DNA of 63,577 nt, counting the filler, from Phoronis australis (lineage: Eukaryota; Animalia; Phoronida), in NCBI GenBank assembly GCA_002633005.1. It is 7 parts of 7 records of this genome, joined end to end, with 100 filler letters (N's around TTAATTAATTAA, not from the genome) between each part and the next. Parts side by side here need not be neighbours in the genome. Positions count along the whole stretch, not along the records: positions 37,054 to 55,617 come from NMRA01000262.1; positions 55,718 to 62,048 come from NMRA01002179.1; positions 62,149 to 63,577 come from NMRA01002231.1; 4 more parts are not named here. One strand, given 5' to 3'. Shown piece after piece: positions 51,915-63,577 of the stretch; the first letter of the stretch is position 1; every line of letters begins with the position of its first letter. The position numbers and the translations under genes were made by a program. The notes below the pieces were generated by a model. That model was not told the DNA's origin. It saw nothing but the letters and a program-made list of their open reading frames with translations, and did not search any database.

Positions 51915-52721
51915 CGTACAAAGTCATCTGATGTTTAACATGCAGATAACTTTTCATGAATGCTAAGACCACTGAATAAACCCAGCTCTCGCTGACCTTT
52001 GGGAGGTCACCAGGTTCACAGAATATTCCCCAGTCGGGGTGAATGGCTTGATTCAACCCTTATACAGTTTTATTGAGAGGTAAAAGTACAGAGAATATGC
52101 TCTGGTCACAGAGTAGCCTGACATCAATGAAGTGATTAGATGATTCAACTCTTACACTACATGGGGGAGTGCAGGAACATTCCCTGCTTGAATATTTAAG
52201 CATAGCATTTGGAGACCTAACTCGTCACAAATAAGAACATTTTGCATAAAAATCATCAGTTTTGTCTGATTTCTTCACCAGATTTCCGTAATCTGCATTC
52301 AAACGCAAAAAGGTACTGGAATAGAGATACCCTGATGAAATATGGAATGAAGTAACAGTTCTTCTTTCCTCTTTCACTGTTGGAGATCATTATTATTGGA
52401 CTCCAGTCTGTGGAGCTCTTCTTTTATGTAGAGTTCTCAACCCATGAAGCGAACCCTTTCATAGGAAATGCCAAAAAGGCACCCTTTCATTTGGAATTGG
52501 CTGTTAAAAGCTCACCCCCCTAGTGGCATGACTTGTGAGTCTAAGCAAGGCGTAAATAAAAAAATCAGTTTATTAAGCACTTCACAATTTTTTTGAGACT
52601 GGTTAGCGGCTTTTTAAAGCTTTTTAACATGCAAGATTTGTCTCATCACTGTTACTAAAAAGTAAAGTCTCATTTTTTAAGTGTTGAGATTATTGACTGA
52701 AGTTGTCTCTTTGTTTTGTAG

Positions 52722-52784
52722 TTCCTGGTATAATTGGATGTTTGCAGGCCCTTGAAGTCATCAAGATCGCTACTCAGTCTGGAA
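52722..52784 (+). CDS. MOCS3: MOCS3 exon ending at a U12-type donor
   Basis: ttgtag| IPGIIGCLQALEVIKIATQSG A|GTATCCTTT. Confidence 0.93.
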
Positions 52785-53577
52785 GTATCCTTTACAGGAT
52801 CTGGATCCCCCTTTTAGTTTCAGATTTATTTTCTACGTTATGAATAATAACAATGATAATAATAATAATAACAACAATGATAATTATAATACAGTTTTTC
52901 ATCATTTGGTTAGAACTCATTAGTTTTCTAAGACAGTACTGTTTGTGTTTGCGACATGCTTTAAGTAACTGTTTCTATTTGTAATAACTATGGACTGTCG
53001 TTCATGAACTCTAACTTCTCACATCTTCCTCACAGAGATTGGATAGCAGAAGTAATTGTTTGGTCGACAAACAATTATGTATAGAGTAATTCACCACTTA
53101 TTTAGCAAAAATATCGTATTGTGAAATTTCTCAAGAAAAATAACGATTAAGAAATTTTTAGTTTATTAATATCACAATTTGTACTGTGTATATGTCATAA
53201 GACAACTTTTTGGTAAATTTTCTGTTATTTGCAGTAATGTTGTCAGCATTTTGAAAAATGAAATAATGGCAATTTTTGCAAGTAGTTTTGTGCAAAATTT
53301 TGAATTACGATCCTCTGACTTAGTCATTGCTTCATTGGTAGCAAGGGTCAGTTACTTTGTTCAAAGCTCATTGGTTAAACTGGCTTTGCAATGGTGGCAA
53401 TGTATACACAATCACTGGCATTTTAAACTGCAGAATCTTCCAACTGAAGGAGTTATTCATGTATTCTTTGGTCTTAGATTGTTGTTATTATCGCACCTTT
53501 GGTTTAAGTGTTTGGTCCTGAGTGAGTGATGCTCTGGGTGATAATTTGCTAGTTATCTCCCCTTGACCTAGGATAAG
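52785..53577 (+). other. U12-type GT-AG intron
   Basis: Consensus donor GTATCCTTT, branch CCTTGAC at 53561-53567, AG 11 nt after the branch A, and no polypyrimidine tract between them. Confidence 0.9.
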
Positions 53578-53741
53578 CTACGTATTCCCAGCGTCTGTTG
53601 CTTTTCGACGGATTGGACGGATCACTGCGAACTATCAAGCTCCGACCCCGTCAACCATCTTGTGCTGTGTGTGGTGATCAACGGACAATTAGGGAACTGA
53701 TAGACTATGAGCAGTTTTGTGGTGCCAAGGCCTCTGACAAA
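53578..53741 (+). CDS. MOCS3: MOCS3 exon (second CxxC)
   Basis: [55 protein letters not shown]|gtgagt. Confidence 0.95.
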
Positions 53742-53787
53742 GTGAGTTTGACTTTTTATTTCCTAAAGCTAATTTAAGTGTTGAATT

Positions 53788-53896
53788 AAATCACCTAACA
53801 AATACTTTATAACTATTGTCGCATACTAAGAAGTTGACAATAAATCACCTAACATACTTTATAACGATTGTTGCATACTAAGAAGTTGACAATAAA
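53788..53896. repeat. ~53-bp tandem duplication
   Basis: taaatcacctaaca...gcatactaagaagttgacaa occurs twice. Confidence 0.85.
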
Positions 53897-54027
53897 TGGT
53901 TTTCAAAATCATGCAGCTGTAAGATCATATTACTTAACAATTTTCTTAGAAATAAAATTCGATTTAACTTGTTCATTTATTGTATTTTGTATGTGCATAA
54001 TTTGAATGTTTAATTCATATTTTACAG

Positions 54028-54075
54028 ACCAAGTCTTTAAACATTTTGTCTCCAGATGAAAGAGTGTCGGCTGAG
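54028..54075 (+). CDS. MOCS3: MOCS3 exon (linker before the rhodanese domain); last exon visible
   Basis: ttacag| TKSLNILSPDERVSAE |gtagga. Matches the vertebrate SLQLLSPEERVS segment. Confidence 0.9.
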
Positions 54076-54157
54076 GTAGGAACCTCATTTTTGTTCATCA
54101 GGGTCCAAACCATTTGTTAAAGGCTGTGAAATAAAGTGAACTAATAGCCAAAAGTCT

Positions 54158-54325
54158 TAACCAGTGGAATGCTTCATACTGACCACTGGTATGCTTCTTT
54201 CTGACCAGTGGTAAGCTTCTTTCTGACCAGTGGTGTACTTCTTACTGACCCATGGTATGCTTCCTACTGACCAATGGTATGCTTCCTACTGACCAGTGTT
54301 ATGCTTCTTATTGACCAGTGTTATG
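54158..54325. repeat. 22-bp minisatellite, about 7-8 copies
   Basis: Unit ctgaccagtggtatgcttcYta. Confidence 0.85.
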
Positions 54326-55513
54326 TGTCATGAAAAACTGTTGTAAGACTGAACTTTTGTCTCCACACAACTATTTGAAAAAATAATTAAATTTTACTTA
54401 AGAAAAAGTGCAAACTCTGAGAATATTTGTATGTAAACTGTTGCTTACTGAGAAAATATCTATAAATTATTTCTAGATTGTGATGCGCTAATAATTTCTT
54501 GGGTAAAAAACTTTTTTCAGTAATTGTTGAGTGGGAAGGCAAGACCGAATTTCTATCTTCAGTCTTAAGTCACTTTCATGAAACAATAAAAAATCAAGTC
54601 TCTGTCTGTTTGTACATTTTAGGCTAAACTTCCCTGCTTCAATTGTTTATTTTGTGTTTTGGAAATTTCAAGTTAGTTAGGTCTGAAATGTATGCTTTTG
54701 AATCTTTGCACTTGTTGGAAGCAGTGATCTTATGAATCTTTGTATTTGCTGGAAGCAAATATCTCTTTCTACTCGTTGGAAGCAAATATCCTTTCTTGTT
54801 AGAAGCAGATGTCTCTTTGGACTAGTTATAAGCAGGTGTCTCTTCTTGGTTTTTAATTCGTAACAACAGATATTTTGATTTTGTTTTGGGGTATTTGATC
54901 GCCACACCTTTTTGTATTGTTCTAAAACTCCCATGACCCCCTCGACCCAAGACCCCTTGGCCCATGACGTGGCAATAGAGGTATTTTTGCGCTTACATAA
55001 TTTATATTACGTTGACGAGTGACTTTCCTTGAAGACTTAACTGTCGTCATGTGAGGGAACAAAGAGGTCGATGGTCATTGGCCTCGCAATTTTTTGCGAA
55101 ACTAAAAGCAATTAAAGAAAAGCATATTCACGTAAGAAAATCGAAGACTTTTATGAAAAAGCTGCGAACGACTGTTGAAATGTTGCTTGAGATAAAATCA
55201 GTTTAATTCTTGAGCGCAGGGCATTTCATCATAATTCATTCTTTATTGACGTCAATGTTGTCTCTTTATTGTTAGTAATTATTCAACGTCAGGTATCGCA
55301 TTGTCGTTAAAGACGTTTAATGTATTTTACCTTTTTTGAAAGATATTCTTGCATGTTCTTCATTGTTGAAGGTACTGGCATTTTTGTGAAAGTCTCAACT
55401 TCTCAAGACATTCATCTTGTTGGAAACTTTAATCAAAACATTAAACATTTATTTGGTTTTAAAAAATCTAAAAAATAAGTTCCTTGCTCTGCATAGTGCT
55501 TCCTAAATTGGCG

Positions 55514-55617
55514 AGATGTCAGTGTGTCTGTGTAGATGTCAGTGTGTCTGTGTAGATATCAGTGTGTCTGTGTAGATATCAGTGTGTCTGTGTAGATATC
55601 AGTGTGTCTGTGTAGAT
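55514..55617. repeat. 20-bp minisatellite running into a gap
   Basis: Unit agatRtcagtgtgtctgtgt. Confidence 0.9.
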
Positions 55618-55857
55618 NNNNNNNNNNNNNNNNNNNNNNNNNNNNNNNNNNNNNNNNNNNNTTAATTAATTAANNNNNNNNNNNNNNNNNNNNNNNNNNN
55701 NNNNNNNNNNNNNNNNNAGAAGCAAACACATGTATAATAACAGTAACAAGTTTTGTTAAATATTTGCTATAAAGACATATTTACTGCTTTCGATGGGATT
55801 TGAAATTTTTTTGAATTTGTTTCACTCATAACCAATAGTATTGCCATGTACTTCTAG

Positions 55858-56034
55858 CCACTCTGTGTCCAGCTCCATTGGCGCCTCCTAACGGCTTCAT
55901 TGTGTTTGTTGGTGTTTCATTCCCCTACAAGACAAAGCTACGCGTGAGCTGCAATGATAACTACATGCTCAATGGATCTCCTTTCATCACGTGCCAGGAA
56001 AACGGTAGATGGTCGCCGATGCCCATCTGTGGAG
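55858..56034 (+). CDS. Sushi/CCP domain exon of a sushi-EGF extracellular protein
   Basis: ttctag| TLCPAPLAPPNG...VSCNDNYMLNGSPFITCQENGRWSPMPICG G|gtaaat; phase 1-1. Confidence 0.92.
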
Positions 56035-57068
56035 GTAAATCGACAGACTATGGAATAACAATTTTTGAACATTATATTTTGAATCAGTGCAACATTTTTA
56101 AATTCACGGAAACGAAGTTCGGGATAGGGTAATTATGTCAAAAAATTAGAGATAAACAAAATTCCAAGTGATCTCAAACCGTGGAATTTACCATGGATAC
56201 CTTGAGATATCAGATACACAAAGAATTATGGGATATACCAGTCATCCAAAGTAGTGCCAGTGGACATAGCAGAGAATGGATTCCCCTGTGAAATGGTCAC
56301 ATTTGTTGATCAAACTTGTTTGCCTGAAGTTCTGTAACATTTTGTGAATTGCGAATTCTGTGACTTAGTCAAAAGACAAGTAATTAGTATTATTTTTTGA
56401 TTTGTAAGTGTTAGCGTTTTGTTGGGTTTACAGTTATTTTATACTGCATCAAGGGGTGATTCATTTTTTCACAAATTGTAAAATTATGGTATTGATTGTT
56501 ATCACTGACAAATATTGTGTCTCAAATAGTCACTGACAAAAGTGACGTTAATGTGACTTACACATAGAAAAGCACAAAAAGCTGTGACTATTGAGACTTC
56601 TCTGTGACATTTTGAAAGTGTTGAGATGTGACAAATGGTGAGTTACCATTGACATGAATCTATTCTCTAACGTAGAAAAATTTTCTGCAGAATCCATAAA
56701 AATAAGATTTCAAGCTGTAAGAAGTTGACTTTATGGAAACTAAATAGTATCTAGCTAGCCAAACTCATTTGCTTGCTTAACACTTTTTGTATTGGATGAC
56801 TCAAAAATCTATGCTCTGGTATCCTGGCGCATTGGTTTTTGTTATTTGTAAAAGGTCAATAGTGTCACGTTTACTGTTGATCATGTCTCGATATATTGCA
56901 CTTATGTGGCCAAGCTGGTCTTTTTGATTCGCATTGTGCACAGACTTGCCAAGGACTTTAGTGCAATTTTGAAAGAAAAGGTTTAAATCTTGTGCTTGTG
57001 ATTCAATCAAATACTTTTGACCAGGACAGCTCGATTTCATTCTGTTTTATTGTTTCTTCATAATTTAG

Positions 57069-57245
57069 AAGTCTCATGCCCAGTACCACCCCCTGTTAAG
57101 GATGGAAAGTACTTTTTTGACAGCCGTAAAGTGGGTGATAATGTGACCCTCGTGTGCGACGATGGTTACGAAACTGTGGGTCGCAGTCATTCAGTCTGTA
57201 TCAGCCCTGGGAAATGGTTCCCAGACCTGCCAACAGAGTGCAGAA
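57069..57245 (+). CDS. Sushi/CCP domain exon
   Basis: atttag| VSCPVPPPVKDG...VCDDGYETVG...CISPGKWFPDLPTECR A|gtaagt. Confidence 0.92.
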
Positions 57246-57586
57246 GTAAGTTGTCACATATGACTGCAAGAAATTCTTGATGTCAGTAAAGCCAAGCTCT
57301 GTTTGATATTTGCATTGCAGATAAGTCTACGTTCATAAACAGTTCTTGGTTGTTATTGATTGTTATTTGTAAATAGAACAGGAACAAAAATCAAAAGATT
57401 TTTAGTTGCAAAATAATAATAATTTAATGTATATGTTTTTAGAAAACAGTGAGCGTTGCTGACACTTACTATGTATCAATATCATGGTTTAACCTGTCTA
57501 GTGCAACTAGATCTCACAGTTAAGATATTGTAATGCTCTGTAACCCTTGTCATACATTTGGAATAAGCTTGATGAATCCTTACAGA

Positions 57587-58403
57587 GGGCTGTTCCAGTA
57601 AAATCCGTGTGGGAGGGGGGGGGACGGCAGTAGAAATAAAAATTCATGGGTGGTGGTCTTCAGAAAAAAACTCAAATTATGGGTGGTCGTTCCTGTAAGA
57701 AGTGATGCATTAAAAATGGGTGGTATTTTTTGACCTGTTAATGTCGATAGGTTGGTTACTTCAGCGGTAAAAACTCAAAAATAAATGCAATTGTCCTAAC
57801 TTATCCAAATACAAAAAAGCCCATATTGCCAGTGAACAGAGTGCAATATGTTCACTAAGCCATTAATCAAGTCATGGGCAACTCGATTTGAGCCAACTGT
57901 TTGTCTGCAGTCCTATTGAATTGAAAAGTTATGCAACACTGAACTGGTGTTAACACATATAAGAAAATTGATGATTTTTAAATAAAAAGTATGAGGAGTA
58001 AGATAAACAAGTTCCAATATTCACTTGACATAGAAGTATAGAAGAGTTCGTGGAGACAGTTTGAGATTCATAGATCCTTATAAATGAAAAAATGTTCATT
58101 GAAATTATAGACACATGGTGAACAGAGACACCTGGTGGCTGCCAAAAGTATTGCTCACAGGCTACTTTAGTTTTTGACAATATTGGACAAGACAACTAGT
58201 TCTTGTCTGTCAGTCATCTAAGTTCTTAACAGGTCCTCCTGGAGGCAATTTGTTTGCAAGTGTTGGATTTTATATTTTAACATATTAAAAATAATTAAAA
58301 AATTATGGGTCATGGGTTGGAGAAATAAATGAAAAATACGGGCGGTGGGTATGAAATAAATTTGCCTTCCCCCCCTCCCATACAGATTTTGCTGGAACAG
58401 CCC
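57587..58403. mobile_element. MITE with ~30-bp TIRs and a 3-bp AGA target-site duplication (PIF/Harbinger-like)
   Basis: aga|gggctgttccagtaaaatccgtgtggg ... ccatacagattttgctggaacagccc|aga. Confidence 0.8.
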
Positions 58404-58663
58404 AGAGCTGCTGAATTAGTAAGCGTGACTATGATGATTAAGGCGAGTTATTGGATGACTGCTGGAAAGACTGCCCACCTCTTTTGATAGGCAGGTGTGG
58501 ATTAATGTTTTACACGGATAATGGCTCTTAGAAGAATTAGTGACTGTATGTGATGTCCAGGTTTGAGAGAAATCACTCAAACAGGGTTTTGGATCACTCT
58601 GAGCTTACATTGTTATGAATCATCTTGAATTGTATTTTCAGTTTAGCAACTCTGTTTTTTCAG

Positions 58664-58864
58664 TCATTAAGTGCCCCTCTGCCCCAGATGTCATTCAGGG
58701 CTTCGTTCATCCCTACAAAAACACCTACAAGTATGGCAATGCTGTTCACGTGATGTGTTTCCGTGGTTACACCTATTCGGGATTTTCTCGCTTGGAGTGT
58801 GGGGAGGATGGATGGAAGTTCTCTTCCAATGGCAAACGTCTGAAAAACCCAGTTGTATGCCAAG
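58664..58864 (+). CDS. Sushi/CCP domain exon
   Basis: tttcag| IKCPSAPDVIQG...YKYGNAVHVMCFRGY...LECGEDGW...NPVVCQ G|gtaaac. Confidence 0.9.
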
Positions 58865-59420
58865 GTAAACAAATTGTATTTATTTATTTAAAACTTCTTT
58901 AAAAGATTAGGTGACCACTTCTCAGTGAATACACTGATTTTCAAGTGGGCCCAGCCGGGACAGAGAGCTTAATATGTAAAATTAGATTGAAAAAGTTAGA
59001 TTAATAAATAAAATAAATTAGTTAATAATAGTTAATATGTACAATATCCTGGTTTTACCTGGTACTTCAGCAGCTGTAAATTCTATTTCATTGATGCATG
59101 GTGGTCAAAAATGTTGCCAATTTGAATTAAAAACTATTTGTTTAAAAATCTTAAATTTGCTTTTTACAAATATGTTGAGGCATGAATGTTTGTTTCGATA
59201 ATTTTCTATTTTGTCACTTTTTTTGAGAGCAATAATTAGTCTTATCGCATTAACAGCTTGTGCCAAATTTTACATCGATGTCTAGCATTTTAGAACACGG
59301 ATGCTTCATAGTTTCAGAAATTAGTACCTCGGTTTTACTCAAGTGCATCACAGAGTAGGGCTTGCACATTTTTTGAAAACTGTGAGTTAACAAAATTGAT
59401 AGATTTACTGTACCTTTCAG

Positions 59421-59546
59421 ACATGAATGAGTGTGCCTCCAACTCCAACATCTGTGGATTGAAACATCTTTGTGTCAATACTGAGGGTTCCTACAGATGC
59501 AGCTGTGCTGATGGCTATAGTAACTTTAACCAAACTCACTGTATAG
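59421..59546 (+). CDS. Calcium-binding EGF domain exon
   Basis: tttcag| DMNECASNSNICGLKHLCVNTEGSYRCSCADGYSNFNQTHCI G|gtaact. Confidence 0.93.
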
Positions 59547-60215
59547 GTAACTTGCCTTGTCATCACCAGTCTGTCTTGTGTCATGTTTGCTTGTAATATT
59601 TTATACTTAGAAAGTCACCGACATTGCCTGATGCTATACGCATTGTTGAATTATAGTAAACCATTTCAACTTAAGCGTAGCAATGTTGCACACCTTAAGT
59701 TTTTCTCACATCAGAAAGATTATTTCCATGCATGTTGAGGCTTTTTATTTTATTATTTTTGTATGATGGTTGCTTAGTCCTACACATTTATCTAAAATCA
59801 TGTTTCTAGACCACAGGCATCACTTTTAGCACACACTCACTGTTTCAACTAGTGTGCAACTTGCTTGCAATGGCATATGTCCAGTGTAATTATTGTAATT
59901 TATCAATTCATTTTTAGTGAAAAGCTATCAAATTTCTGTTAAAAAAATCTGCTTATGTTTCACAGTAAGGAAAATATTTAGTTGATCAAAGATGCCTTCA
60001 AAAGGATTTAACATTCGCCTTTGATAACTTTTTGGAAATAATCAGTTGAAAAATGTGCCACTTTTCTGTTGGTGATTGTAGAAATTGATAAAAATAATTG
60101 ATTAAATAGCTCAAAATGCTTTCATTAAGTTGTAAGTATATTTCAATTTTTAAATGGCCTTAAGCTTATTTGATTTAGATTGTTGAGAAAGAGTGATACT
60201 CGTTGCTTTTCAGTT

Positions 60216-60380
60216 AATTATTGTGTTGTTTCATGAGATGTGGGTTGTTAGAGCAAATTATTGTGTTGTTTCATGAGATGTGGGTTGTTAGAGCAAATTA
60301 TTGTGTTGTTTCATGAGATGTGGGTTGTTAGAGCAAATTATTGTGTTGTTTCATGAGATGTGTGTTGTTAGAGCAAATTA
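60216..60380. repeat. 40-bp minisatellite, 4 copies
   Basis: Unit aattattgtgttgtttcatgagatgtgggttgttagagca. Confidence 0.95.
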
Positions 60381-60413
60381 ATGAACATTCAGTTTGAACT
60401 GCCTCTGTTTTAG

Positions 60414-60539
60414 ATGTTGATGAGTGCTCGGAAGGCCTGCATAACTGTATCAGCACCGATTACTGCCACAATACGCCTGGCAACTTCAAGTGTTCGTGTC
60501 CTGATGGCATGATTATGTTGCCGAATATGACCTGCATAT
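60414..60539 (+). CDS. Calcium-binding EGF domain exon
   Basis: ttttag| DVDECSEGLHNCISTDYCHNTPGNFKCSCPDGMIMLPNMTCI T|gtgagt. Not present in the ORF track. Confidence 0.93.
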
Positions 60540-61031
60540 GTGAGTACTTCACAAACAGCAATAGGTGACCTCTCAACTCTGCTTCTTCGTATTTCACTTT
60601 TCTGGACATTTGTGATTGTCATGTGTATGCAACTAGTCGTTCAAATCAATTTTAACTTGGCAATGACAAGTTTTTAGCTTGGAGCAGGTTTTGTCTATCA
60701 GTATTTTATTACAATAATCCTAATATATCCAAGTGGGGTGGTAAAGATTATGTGTACTATTGATGTGAGTCAGAGTGTATATGACAGCTGTGAGATGCTG
60801 CTTACGATGATCATGGAGAGAGAGTTTTAGTATTGATGGGGATTTAACATATTAAGAAAATAACAAGACTCATAATGACAGGTGCCTGGAATTGGGACAG
60901 GATCTAAACCAATAATTTCGCTTACTATATGAAGTGTTTAGGAGAGACTCTTCATCTGTTCACTACTGAAAACTTAATCTTTATTCTAGATCTTTATAAA
61001 GTCATACTTAGGACTTTGTTAAATATTTCAG

Positions 61032-61211
61032 ACATCACGTGCCCAACCTCCATACCGTGTGACAACTGTGTGTTGACGTATAAAAATGGACGCATCATTC
61101 CCAAGTCCATGGCGTACATCAACTGCGATCGTGGTTTTGACTTGGAGGGGCCGCGAACAATCAGGTGTCAGTTGAATGGAACGTGGAACAACCCTAATCC
61201 TTCATGCATAA
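61032..61211 (+). CDS. Sushi/CCP domain exon
   Basis: tttcag| ITCPTSIPCDNC...INCDRGFDLEGPRTIRCQLNGTWNNPNPSCI A|gtatgt. Confidence 0.9.
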
Positions 61212-63577
61212 GTATGTACTAGGATGCTTTTCATTACTTCAAATTGCTATTTTTTATGTTTAACTCATTCGTCTTGTTGAGGACTTTGTCTTAAAGGTAA
61301 ATTTTGGGTCAAACTATAGAATTGCCCTTGAAAGTTTTCTTGAATTTGTGGTTGTTTTTTTTGATTGTTTACTCTAGGAAGTCCTTTGTTGCTTTTGATT
61401 GGCACTTACTTTCACTTACACGTTCTTTTTCAGTCTCGATTGCACATTATAATACACTTTGTTGTCAATGAGTGTAATGAGATAACTTAGTGATTGATCA
61501 GATATTATTGTGTAAAGTGGCAGGTGTTATACAATCAGGGACCAGAATTTAATCAACTCAAAATCAAACTCAGAATTTTTTTTAGCGTTTTTTGTTCCTA
61601 CTCTTGTGGGAGCTCAAATAAGTGCATGTTGTTATGTGTTCGAGACTACTTTAAGGTTTGCGCAATTTAGTTTCTATTTCAAGTTCATACGTGATGACTC
61701 CTGCATTCGAGCTGAAAATGCATCAAGATTTCAAGTAAAAACACTGCTCAAAAGTGCATTTAGTAAATGTCAAAAAAAGTTTGATTTTGAGTAATAAATG
61801 TCACCTCGGGACCAGGGGTTCCCGTAGTAACCAAATCCTGCACTTTGTGGGTGCATTATTTTGGGTCATTTCTGTGACTAGTGGATACGTGACCAGAGTT
61901 TGTAACTGCATTGATGCTAGTCATATTTCTATGATATGTTTACATGACCAGGCATTGTGGCCACCTTTATCCTGGTCCTAACTGTCACTTTCCATAAGCT
62001 TAATGTTACAGTGTCTTTATGCTAGTTATTTGTATCACAGTAGTAACCNNNNNNNNNNNNNNNNNNNNNNNNNNNNNNNNNNNNNNNNNNNNTTAATTAA
62101 TTAANNNNNNNNNNNNNNNNNNNNNNNNNNNNNNNNNNNNNNNNNNNNTTGCACCAGCACTGATCTGAAGACAACCTTGGCGTGGTAGAGGGCTGCTTGC
62201 ACTAAACAAACAAATAAATGCCGCGCGAGCTGGGAGAGAATAATAGGCCTATTGAACGGGATTGTGCGTTGGATAACAATTGGGTCGCAATAAAAACATT
62301 CAGAGAGGAAGAATAGTGGGTGTTGATTTTGGCAATGTTTATATTCAACACTGGACGACAGACTGGCAATCAGAAATTAATTATTTTAGACTAGAGATCT
62401 ACAAAAACAATTAGTATGCCAATTGATATAAACAGTCCACTATCCATGAAAAAATAACGACTACAAAGGCCTCGAATGAATAATACTAATAGGTAACTGA
62501 GTATGTTTATTTTATCGTTATGAAACGGATGAACAGTCAAAACATCAGTACAGTGTCAGGTGCAAGTTACCGATATAAAATGTGACGGAATATGTAGGAT
62601 AGGATTTTGTACAAAGAGTAAATGAACACATAAGGTTCATCACATGACCAGCAAATGACAAAATTTGGTCGGAAACGTAGGCAGTGTTGGCATTCACAAA
62701 CTCGGTATAAAAAGTGTGTTACATTTTTGATAAATTTTGCCAAGATTTTGTCAACACCTTCATTACACTTTCAGGAAGCTCATTGTACAGAGAAAATCTT
62801 TGGTTTTGATTTGGAAGTACATACGAATGTGGCAGCGAGCCTGGAAACACGCAACGAATTAATTTTACGTCGTAGGCCTACCTCGTGCAGATGTCTGAGA
62901 ACAAAAAAAAATGGTGGAGACGGGACCTAGGTTATGCATATACTTAATTAATTCCACTCCAAAACATATTATTTTGAGGTCAACAAAGTCAAGAGTACTA
63001 GTGGTCATAACTTCATGCACGATACTGAATCTTTTCCATTCTCTCGCGGCCCTTTAAACACAAAATGCCATACAAGAGTGTAATGGTTGAAATATGACCG
63101 AATAAATACACAGTAAATCTTTAACTTTGTCTGTATCTAATTTACAATTTGGCCAGTTGGAACAGGGCACTAAGACCCACTTTTCTGATTTTGATGCAGA
63201 GATTGTCCACGTGTTCTTGGAGGTTTAGTTTGCAATCAAAGAGTTCATCTACAATTTTAACCACTGTTTTCTCATTGGCCCCAACATATAATTGTTGAGA
63301 GTCATTGTATGTGGCCTCGACAGAATGCAGGTTTTGAATTTAGCGGGGTCAAACCATCTCATCGGCTCGTTTGTTGTGTTTTTCAAAAACAATAGATATC
63401 AAAATGCACAAATATATTGTCATCTGCTTACAGTTTGCACTTGCCTTCGAGAGTATAAAATATCACTGATGCCGGGATAACAAGGGAACTGGAACCAAGG
63501 AATCTGATGGGATGGCGGTTCTATGAATCCGCGATCCGTCCCAGAAGCGTTGTTTCATTTAGACCACCGTTACCGCC

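Noticed and set aside
63504-63545. Possible hairpin near the window end
   Set aside because: Imperfect stem with no recognisable RNA family features.

Overview
AT-rich, intron-rich animal genomic DNA, probably from a marine invertebrate (mollusc-like repeat families; inference). It is a draft assembly: contigs are joined by 100-bp N-TTAATTAATTAA-N stop-codon linkers, N gaps and single-n overlaps, so adjacency across joins is unreliable. Three spliced genes can be rebuilt by hand. (1) A minus-strand gene at about 42-1825, with a possible UTR exon near 5741-5900, encoding a divergent cold-shock/OB-fold-like protein. (2) Nine coding exons of MOCS3/UBA4 (38170-54075, +; 310 codons, all splice phases consistent, rhodanese exons not found). 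It contains two minor-spliceosome (U12-type) introns, one apparently with non-canonical AT-AT ends. (3) Six phase-1 exons of a sushi/EGF extracellular protein (55858-61211, +). The rest is mobile and repetitive DNA: a cathepsin F processed pseudogene abutting PHD, zinc-finger and SGNH remnants; the 3' end of a Gypsy element with a complete LTR and no downstream integrase (Gmr1-like); Helentron-like non-autonomous elements carrying ~147-bp-spaced CTCF-like motifs; piggyBac, Harbinger, THAP, SAP and YqaJ remnants; several MITEs; and many minisatellites, one apparently derived from a transposon terminal repeat. No rRNA, tRNA or CRISPR was recognised. All family assignments come from motif recognition by eye; no database search was run.
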